From assembly GCA_964468395.1 (NCBI GenBank), contig CAYXUJ010000003.1:18190-82189 (forward strand): a DNA stretch of 64,000 nucleotides, read 5' to 3'. Both the position numbers and the translations under genes were made by a program. Under the pieces are notes generated by a model that saw only the letters and a list, made by a program, of their open reading frames with translations, was not told the origin of the DNA and did no database searches. This DNA is from an uncultured Steroidobacteraceae bacterium. GTDB taxonomy: Bacteria > Pseudomonadota > Gammaproteobacteria > Steroidobacterales > Steroidobacteraceae. This document shows, piece by piece, positions 57,800 to 64,000 of this stretch (positions are counted from its first letter, which is position 1; each line of letters begins with the position of its first letter).

Positions 57800-58900
57800 T
57801 CAGATCTCCCAGTCCGGTTTCCTGCCACTGTGCGCGTCGATCGCCTCGAACAGGGCGATCACCAATGCCCGCTCATCCTCGGTCAGCTCGGGGCGCCAGA
57901 CGTCGAACAGCAGTATGACCCGCGTCTGGTCGCTGTCGTTCCAGGCCTCGTGCTCGATGGTGTCGTCGAAGGCCCAGGCCTTGCCTTCGACCCATTCCCG
58001 AACGTCGTTGCCGACCCGGAAGCGGCAGCGGCCCGGCACGATCAGCGGCAGGTGGCAGACCAGGCGTGTGTTGATCAGCCCGTTGTGCGGCGGGATGTGG
58101 GCGCCGGGGCGCAGCAGCGAGAACAGGATCGACGGCGAGCGATAACGCACCTGGGCGAGCGGCGCATTGCGCAACGCCTGCATCGTCTTCGGGCAGCGCG
58201 CGGCGTTCTCCGGCACGGCCTCGCCGTTCTTCCACAGGTAGAACGCGCTCCAGGCCGGGTTGTTCAGCATCCCCATCTGGTCCTTGTAGGGGCGGTTGGC
58301 GTGGCCCTGGACGTAGGGTGCGAAGGCGTCCGGCTCGCGCATCACCTCCAGCAATTCGGCACGGATGTCGCCGGTCGCTGCCTCGACGTCGTCGAGCCAG
58401 GGGAACTGGCTGCGCTCGTAGAACTGGATCTGGGGCAGGCCGGGGAAGTAGTAGTACTTCGGCTCCTGCAGGTAGATGCGCTTGCTGCCGAGCACGATGT
58501 CGACCGATTGCGCGAAGCGCGGACTGGAGCGCTTCTCGTCGAAACCCTTCGCGGCCAGGCTCCGGCGCAGGTAGTCGCGGTACTCGGCCGCGTAGCGTTC
58601 GTAGATGCGCCGCGCCCGGGTCAGTTCCTCCGCCGTCGCGCGCGGTACGCCCGACGCCGGCGCCAGGCGCAGCGCCATCTGGTAGAAGGCGGTCGCGGAG
58701 CGCGCGTCGCCGGCGGCGGCGAAGCAGTCGGCGCGCTGGATCAGCGCCAGCAGGTTGCGCGGCTCGGCGGCCAGCAGGCGATCGAGTGCGCCCGCCACGT
58801 CGCCCGCGGCGGCCTGGGCGAACAGCTCGCGCGCTTTCTGGCCGTCGCCGCGCTGCAGGGCGACTGCGCCTGCGCTCGCAAATTCCGCTGAACCTTGCAT
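57800..58900 (-). CDS. TPR-repeat / aspartyl-asparaginyl beta-hydroxylase family protein (paralog 1)
   Basis: 366 aa. N-terminal TPR-like helices, then an AspH-type cupin domain (FPGLPQIQFYERSQFPWL...WSAFYLW...LRPGAHIPPHNG...DDTIEHEAWN). Confidence 0.82.
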   Translation of the reverse strand: MQGSAEFASAGAVALQRGDGQKARELFAQAAAGDVAGALDRLLAAEPRNLLALIQRADCFAAAGDARSATAFYQMALRLAPASGVPRATAEELTRARRIYERYAAEYRDYLRRSLAAKGFDEKRSSPRFAQSVDIVLGSKRIYLQEPKYYYFPGLPQIQFYERSQFPWLDDVEAATGDIRAELLEVMREPDAFAPYVQGHANRPYKDQMGMLNNPAWSAFYLWKNGEAVPENAARCPKTMQALRNAPLAQVRYRSPSILFSLLRPGAHIPPHNGLINTRLVCHLPLIVPGRCRFRVGNDVREWVEGKAWAFDDTIEHEAWNDSDQTRVILLFDVWRPELTEDERALVIALFEAIDAHSGRKPDWEI

Positions 58901-58984
58901 TGCCGGGCGGCATTATGCGGGCAGGCCGACGGAGCGGCAAAATCCTTGCGGCGCGCGGCGGCAGGGCCTTAGGCTAGCCGCCGC

Positions 58985-60163
58985 ATGAGTGAAGACGTCG
59001 CGCGGATGAACAAGGCCGCCGTCCAGGCGATGGCGGCGGGCGACATGCAGGGCGCCCAGTCGGTGTTGCTGGAGGCGCTCGGCCGCGACCGCGGCGACAT
59101 CCGCCTGTGGCTCAACCTTGCCGTCGTGCGGCGCCAGCTCAACGACCCGGACGGCGCTATTGCGGCGCTGCACGAAGTCCTGAAGCTGGACAACCGGAAT
59201 TTTCCGGCGCTGCTGATGGAGGCGGCGCTGCTCGACCGGCTCGGCAAGAGCGTCGCCGCTGCGCGGGCCTACGGGATCGCCCTGGTGCAGGCGCCGCCGG
59301 ATGCCGAGCTCGATGCGGCGACGCGCAAAGCGGTCGAACGCGCGCGCGCCGTGCATGAACAGCACGTCGGCGCGCTCGGCCGCTTCATCCGCGACCGCGC
59401 GGCCGGGGCGCGCGATCATTGCACGGCGGCGGAGCGCCGGCGCATCGAGGCCTTCATCGACACGACCCTGCGCACGCGCAAGCGCTACCAGCAGGAGCCG
59501 ATGGAGTACTACTACCCGGGCCTGCCGCCGATCGAGTTCTACGAGCGCGGGGAATTCCCGTGGCTGCCGGAGTTCGAGGCCGCGACCGACGCCATCCGCC
59601 AGGAGCTCGGGCGCATCCTGGTCGAGGACGAGAAGGGGTTCGCGCCCTACATCCAGTACGAGGACCACCTGCCGCTGGACCAGTGGCGCGAGCTCAACAA
59701 GTCGCCGCGCTGGAGCGCCTTCCATTTCTACCACCAGGGCCGGCCGGTTGCCGAGCGCTGCGCGCGGGCGCCGGAGACGATGCGGGCGATCGGCCTGCTG
59801 CCGCAGGCCGAGGTGGACCTGCGTTCGCCGACCGCGATGTTCTCGGTGCTGCAGCCGAAGACCCGCATTCCGCCGCACACCGGCGTCGCCAACTTCCGCC
59901 TGGTCGTGCACCTGCCGCTGGTGCTGCCGCCGCACTGCGGCTTCCGCGTCGGCGGTGAAACGCGGCAATGGCGCATGGGGGAGGCCTGGGTGTTCGACGA
60001 CACGATCGAGCACGAGGCCTGGAACGAGAGCGACGAGGTCCGCATCATCCTGATCTGCGACATCTGGAGCCCGCGGCTGTCGCCCGAGGAGCGCGCGGCG
60101 ATCCGCGCCGTGATTGCCGCGGCGGATGCCCACAGCGGCACGGTGCCGGCCGCTCATATATAG
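58985..60163 (+). CDS. TPR-repeat / aspartyl-asparaginyl beta-hydroxylase family protein (paralog 2)
   Basis: 392 aa with the same architecture. The C-terminal domain aligns by eye to paralog 1 (YPGLPPIEFYERGEFPWL...WSAFHFY...LQPKTRIPPHTG...DDTIEHEAWN). Confidence 0.82.
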   Translation: MSEDVARMNKAAVQAMAAGDMQGAQSVLLEALGRDRGDIRLWLNLAVVRRQLNDPDGAIAALHEVLKLDNRNFPALLMEAALLDRLGKSVAAARAYGIALVQAPPDAELDAATRKAVERARAVHEQHVGALGRFIRDRAAGARDHCTAAERRRIEAFIDTTLRTRKRYQQEPMEYYYPGLPPIEFYERGEFPWLPEFEAATDAIRQELGRILVEDEKGFAPYIQYEDHLPLDQWRELNKSPRWSAFHFYHQGRPVAERCARAPETMRAIGLLPQAEVDLRSPTAMFSVLQPKTRIPPHTGVANFRLVVHLPLVLPPHCGFRVGGETRQWRMGEAWVFDDTIEHEAWNESDEVRIILICDIWSPRLSPEERAAIRAVIAAADAHSGTVPAAHI

Positions 60164-60175
60164 TGCGCGACTGAA

Positions 60176-60841
60176 ATGTTCCTCAAGATCAAGAACCTGC
60201 TGAACAGCGAGGAGTGCGAGCGCCTCGTGGCGCTGGCCGGCGAGCTGAAGTTCGTCGACGGACGGGTTTCGAATCCCGCCAACACCGCCAAGCAGAACCT
60301 GCAGGCGGATGCCAGCGACCCGAAGTACGCGGAATCGGTGAAGATCGTCACCGCGGCGCTGGCGCGGTCGCGCGAATTCGGCAGCTTCGCGCTGCCGAAG
60401 AGAGTGGCGCCGCCGCTCTTGTGCCGCTACGAGCCCGGCATGAAATACGGCGCCCACGCCGACGCCGCGATCATCCAGCTGACCAACACCAAGCTGCGCT
60501 CGGACCTGTCCTGCACGGTGTTCATCGCCGAGCCGACCAGCTACGAAGGCGGCGAGCTGGCGATGATCATCGGCAACCAGACGCTGGCCTTCAAGGGCAC
60601 GCCGGGCGAGGCGATCATCTACCCGTCCACGCTGTGGCACGAGGTGGTGCCGGTGCGCACCGGGCAGCGGCTGGTGTCCATCACCTTCATCGAGAGCCAC
60701 GTCGCCGACCAGCACCAGCGCATGCAGGTCTACGAGCTCAACGAAATCGCCGCCCTCGAGGGCGCGCAGATGAACCCCGAGAGCCGGATACGGCTCGACG
60801 TGGTGCGCCAGAACCTGCTGCGGATGTGGTCCTCGTCCTGA
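60176..60841 (+). CDS. piuC: Fe(II)/2-oxoglutarate-dependent PKHD-type hydroxylase (PiuC/YbiX family)
   Basis: 221 aa, alignable along its full length to E. coli YbiX. HxD motif (YGAHADAA), SYEGGEL, and the distal His motif (YPSTLWHEV). Confidence 0.82.
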   Translation: MFLKIKNLLNSEECERLVALAGELKFVDGRVSNPANTAKQNLQADASDPKYAESVKIVTAALARSREFGSFALPKRVAPPLLCRYEPGMKYGAHADAAIIQLTNTKLRSDLSCTVFIAEPTSYEGGELAMIIGNQTLAFKGTPGEAIIYPSTLWHEVVPVRTGQRLVSITFIESHVADQHQRMQVYELNEIAALEGAQMNPESRIRLDVVRQNLLRMWSSS

Positions 60842-60846
60842 GCCGC

Positions 60847-62328
60847 CTATAGCAGGCGTTCGAGCCCCGCGAGCTGCCCGGCATAGTTGCGCCAGCGCCC
60901 GGACGAGCGGCGGTACAGCGGCTCGCGCACCTGGCCGACGCTCGCGGTCCGCACCCGGTTCGCCGTGCGCTCGGGCGCGAGGCAGGCGTCGTGCCAGGGC
61001 AGCCCGAGGAACTCCAGCAGCCGTTCGGCGACCGGCCGCGGCTCGGCCACGAATGCGTCGTAGTCCGCGTCGTGGATCCGTCCGCCGAACAGCCGGCGCC
61101 AGTGCGCCATCAGGCGCCGGTACTGCCGGTGATGATGGGCGATGGCCGCGAGGTCGTTGGCGTAGGCCAGCCGGTTGTCGAACTGCTGGAACCAGATGGA
61201 CAGGCAGGTGTCGCGCGCGTCGCGCACCGTGTGGACGAACTGCGCATTCGGGTACATCGCCGCCAGCAGCCCGAGGAGCGGCGACATGTCCGGGCGCTTG
61301 TTGGTGACCAGGCCGCCGCCCGGGAAGGTCCGGTCGAGCCAGGCGAGGTAGCCCTGGCCGATCCGCTGCCATTCCTCCGGGGCGAGCGATTCCAGCGATT
61401 CCGGGAACCGCGCCCCCGGCGGCAGCAGCTCGCGCACGAACCAGTCGATCTCGCCGCCGGCCGTGACCTGCGGATGCGCGGCCAGCACCTGCTCGAACAG
61501 CGTCGAGCCGGAGCGGAACATGCCGGTGATGAACACCAGCGGCCGCTCCGAGACCGGCGCCGCCGCGGCGAGCCACTCCGGCGTGAACGCGCGCAGGATG
61601 CGCTCGACGCGATCCTCCTCGGCCCGCTTGTCGTAGGGCAGCAGCCGGCCGGCGCTCAGCCGGTTGCCATGCCCGTACTGGGCGAAAGCATCGGCGTACC
61701 GGCCACAGTCGTCCAGCGCCTTGCCGAGCGCGAAGTGCAGGCTTTCGCGCGCCAGCGGCTCGATGTTCGAGCGCCGCAGGGCGCGCTGCAGGCGGCGGAT
61801 CACCGGGTCGCCGGGCGATTCGGCGCGGCGCGCGTGGGCGATCTGGATCAGCGCGTCGGTCCAGGCCGGATTCTGCTCGAGGATGGCCTCGTACAGCTCG
61901 AGTGCCCGCGGCACGTCGCCCCGTTCCTGGTGGAGCTGGGCGAGGTTGTAGCGCGCCGGGATGAAGGTCGGATTGGCCTCGAGCGCGCGCTCGAGGTGGG
62001 CCTGCGCGTCGTCGTCGCGGCGCAGCTCGGTGTGGATCACGCCCATGTTGGAGAGGACTTCCTCGGGCTGCTCGATGCCGAGGTCGAGCGCCTTCTGGTG
62101 CGCCGCGAGCGCTTCCTCGAGCCGCCCCTGGCGCCGCAGGAAGCAGGCGAAATTGAAGCGCGCGACCGGCAGCTCCGGCTGCCGTTCGATCAGCTGGCCG
62201 TAAAACTCCTCTGCCTCCGCAGTCTTGCCGAGGCGCTCGAGCAAGGCCGTCAGCTGCAGCCAATGGCCGGCCCGGTCGGGTTCCTTCGCGACCAGGTCGC
62301 GCAGGGCCTGCTCGGCGCTGGCGCTCAC
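60847..62328 (-). CDS. TPR-repeat sulfotransferase
   Basis: 493 aa. About 6 N-terminal TPR motifs, then a sulfotransferase domain with the PAPS 5'-PSB loop (VFITGMFRSGSTLFEQVLAAHP) and a 3'-PB-like region (HTVRDARDTCLS). Confidence 0.8.
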   Translation of the reverse strand: MSASAEQALRDLVAKEPDRAGHWLQLTALLERLGKTAEAEEFYGQLIERQPELPVARFNFACFLRRQGRLEEALAAHQKALDLGIEQPEEVLSNMGVIHTELRRDDDAQAHLERALEANPTFIPARYNLAQLHQERGDVPRALELYEAILEQNPAWTDALIQIAHARRAESPGDPVIRRLQRALRRSNIEPLARESLHFALGKALDDCGRYADAFAQYGHGNRLSAGRLLPYDKRAEEDRVERILRAFTPEWLAAAAPVSERPLVFITGMFRSGSTLFEQVLAAHPQVTAGGEIDWFVRELLPPGARFPESLESLAPEEWQRIGQGYLAWLDRTFPGGGLVTNKRPDMSPLLGLLAAMYPNAQFVHTVRDARDTCLSIWFQQFDNRLAYANDLAAIAHHHRQYRRLMAHWRRLFGGRIHDADYDAFVAEPRPVAERLLEFLGLPWHDACLAPERTANRVRTASVGQVREPLYRRSSGRWRNYAGQLAGLERLL

Positions 62329-63404
62329 GGCAGGCCCGCCGTGCCGAGCGCAGCCGCCACCGCATCGTCGGCCCGCGCCAGCCGCTCCAGCCAGGCCAGG
62401 CCGCGGCGGATCTCGTCGCCGTGCTCGCGCCGCGCATCCGCCAGGCGCGCCGCACGCTCGCCCTGGGGGAATGGCAGCTCCGGGGCCTTCGAATAGCGCT
62501 GCAGCACGGGACTGCGGCCGATGCCCGCCAGGTAGCGGGCGTCCTCGGGCAGGCCGATATGCCCGGCGACCCGGGCCATGGCACCCGCGACATCGGCGAG
62601 CACGGCATCGAAATCGAGCGCCAGGATCCGCCCGGGGAAGCCGCGCACCGTGTCCTGCAGCGTCAGCGTCTCGACCAGCCAGCCGAGCGCGGCCAGCTCG
62701 CCGCCCGAGAGCGCGTGCAGGGGCTCGGCGGGGCGCAGGCCGCGGGCCAGGAGGCGGCGCATGCGGCCCGGCCCGTGGCCGCGCAGGTCGATGGCGGAAT
62801 TGGCCCCGCCCAGCAGCGTCGCGAGATACGGTTCCGCCTGCACGTTCAGGTAGATCGCCCGCGCCTGCGGCCGCGCCGTCAGCAGCGGGGCGGCGGCCCG
62901 GCCTGCACTGCTGGTCGCCTTGACGACGACTGCGCGCGTCCAGTCGTAGCCGCGGGACCAGAGACCGAGGGTCATGTCGAGCATCGCCTCGAATTGCGGG
63001 ACGCTCAGCAGGGACTCGGGCTGGCCGAGCGTGTCATGCGCATCGGCCAGGGTCCGAAGCGGCAGCGGCTCGCGCAGCGACAGGACCATGCCGGTCTCGT
63101 CGAGCAGCCGGCTGACCAGGGTCGAGCCGACGTGGCCGGTATGGAAGATGAAATGGACGGGCCGCGGGCCGGCAACCTGCCGCGCCGCCTCGCTGACGGC
63201 CGGGCCCGGCAGCCAGGCGCCGCGCGTCGCCGGGCCGAGGATCCGGTCGTCGAGGAAGCTCGCGCCGCGGTAACCCTGGGCATCCATGCGCAGGACCAGC
63301 ACGCGGCCGCGCACCAGGTCGATCGCCTGCGGATAGGCGTCCGGCGACGCCGGCAGCAGGGCCAGCAATTCATTGCCGATCGTGTTCAAGGATTCCTGCG
63401 CCAT
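62325..63404 (-). CDS. sulfotransferase-like P-loop protein (divergent, function unknown)
   Basis: 359 aa. PSB-like loop (HFIFHTGHVGSTLVSRLLDE). Its stop overlaps the downstream TPR-sulfotransferase start by 4 nt. The family call is tentative. Confidence 0.5.
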   Translation of the reverse strand: MAQESLNTIGNELLALLPASPDAYPQAIDLVRGRVLVLRMDAQGYRGASFLDDRILGPATRGAWLPGPAVSEAARQVAGPRPVHFIFHTGHVGSTLVSRLLDETGMVLSLREPLPLRTLADAHDTLGQPESLLSVPQFEAMLDMTLGLWSRGYDWTRAVVVKATSSAGRAAAPLLTARPQARAIYLNVQAEPYLATLLGGANSAIDLRGHGPGRMRRLLARGLRPAEPLHALSGGELAALGWLVETLTLQDTVRGFPGRILALDFDAVLADVAGAMARVAGHIGLPEDARYLAGIGRSPVLQRYSKAPELPFPQGERAARLADARREHGDEIRRGLAWLERLARADDAVAAALGTAGLP

Positions 63405-63414
63405 GCGTCATTGT

Positions 63415-63446
63415 AAAAAAAAGCGGCGGTCCCGAGGGACCGCCGC
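63415..63446 (-). terminator. rho-independent terminator of the upstream TonB-dependent receptor gene
   Basis: Read on the minus strand: GCGGCGGTCC, loop CTCG, GGACCGCCGC, followed by TTTTTTTT (A-run 63415-63422 on the plus strand). It lies 33 nt downstream of the receptor stop. Confidence 0.75.
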
Positions 63447-63478
63447 CAGAGTTTCGATCGTTGTCGATCGATTCAGTC

Positions 63479-64000
63479 TTAGAAGGACACCCGTGCCCGC
63501 ACGAAGACATAGCGACCGAGGGCGTCGTAGGTCTGCGGGAACGTGTTGCCGTTGCCGGTCGTGCCGACGCTGGCGCTGATGGCCGGGTTGTCATCCAGGA
63601 TGTTGTTGATACCCAGGGTGACAGACGCCTTCTCCGTGACTGCCCAGTTGGCCGAGAGGTCGTAATAGTTCTCGGAGTTCAACTCGCGGTCAATGCGGTT
63701 GGACGGCATCGGCGTGTTCGGCGCCGTCAGGCCGATCGTGCCGTCGTAGTAACGCCACGTCAGGGAGACGTCGACGTCCCACGGCGTGATCCAGCTCGTC
63801 CGGAACCGGTGACGCCACTCGGGGTTCGGAGTGCCGCAGACGTTGGAGTAGTACCCCACGCAGTCATACTCCGGGATGCCCGGACCCGGCACGGTGATCA
63901 GCTCGTCCAGATACGTGCCGATCAGGTTGAAGTTCAGGCTGCCGAAGCGGCCGATCTCCAGCCCGGTGTAGTTCACGTTCAGGTCGTAGCCTTTCGTCGA
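63479..64000 (-). CDS. TonB-dependent receptor, C-terminal part (5' end outside window)
   Basis: The frame is open to the window edge. Beta-barrel C-terminal strands with alternating aromatics end in ..YVFVRARVSF (terminal Phe). Confidence 0.85.
   Translation of the reverse strand, partial: STKGYDLNVNYTGLEIGRFGSLNFNLIGTYLDELITVPGPGIPEYDCVGYYSNVCGTPNPEWRHRFRTSWITPWDVDVSLTWRYYDGTIGLTAPNTPMPSNRIDRELNSENYYDLSANWAVTEKASVTLGINNILDDNPAISASVGTTGNGNTFPQTYDALGRYVFVRARVSF

Noticed and set aside
58913-62608. A 1231-aa minus-strand ORF spanning four annotated genes
   Set aside because: The sequence is Arg/Ala/Pro/Gly-rich and low-complexity, with no recognisable domain. It runs antisense to the AspH paralog 2 and PiuC genes, and out of frame across the two sulfotransferase genes; all four have clear family motifs. 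It is a typical stop-codon-depleted artefact of high G+C DNA.

Overview
High-G+C proteobacterial chromosomal segment with about 65 genes. I found no rRNA, CRISPR array, integrase, transposase or phage gene. Most long ORFs in the six-frame track are antisense artefacts of the high G+C content. Gene calls rest on recognisable protein motifs, start/stop geometry and SD-like sites. Layout by coordinate: (1) 1-4.6 kb holds core genes asmA-like/mutY/yggX, an AGCS symporter and an intact tRNA-Phe(GAA). (2) 4.6-21.6 kb holds two successive segments, each ending in a same-strand copy of the tRNA-Phe 3' half. The copy at 16161-16210 is an exact 50-nt repeat; the copy at 21551-21598 is decayed. This looks like tandem integrase-less island scars. 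The first segment is visibly less G+C rich and carries redox, stress and regulator cargo: folE2, FNR-like reductase, rnk, acnA, Fe-SOD, an AhpD-like protein, GDH, two LysR regulators and one ArsR-type regulator. (3) 22.5-25.3 kb holds two orphan envelope proteins. (4) 25.4-27.2 kb holds an M23 peptidase / coiled-coil / bactofilin module. (5) 27.2-29.8 kb holds a sulfotransferase plus a small Cys-tailed secreted protein, mmuM, and an RRM RNA-binding protein. (6) 29.9-41.4 kb holds a translationally coupled reductive pyrimidine catabolism operon (beta-ureidopropionase, NCS1 permease, dihydropyrimidinase, preT, preA, FCY1-type cytosine deaminase), extended by an OPT transporter and a TonB-dependent receptor. 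(7) 41.5-51.8 kb holds a Tat FAD oxidase/TauE pair, an M20 peptidase, a DMT transporter, a serine hydrolase, the reverse transsulfuration pair CBS/CGL, and an FG-GAP/ASPIC lipoprotein. (8) 52.4-64 kb holds the most unusual part. One element is a second bactofilin tightly coupled to a zinc-ribbon protein and a VOC-domain/class III nucleotidyl cyclase fusion. The other is a cluster of two divergent TPR-Asp/Asn beta-hydroxylase paralogs, a PiuC/YbiX-type dioxygenase, two sulfotransferase-like genes and a TonB-dependent receptor, with no known substrate. All family assignments come from reading motifs by eye and need HMM/BLAST confirmation.
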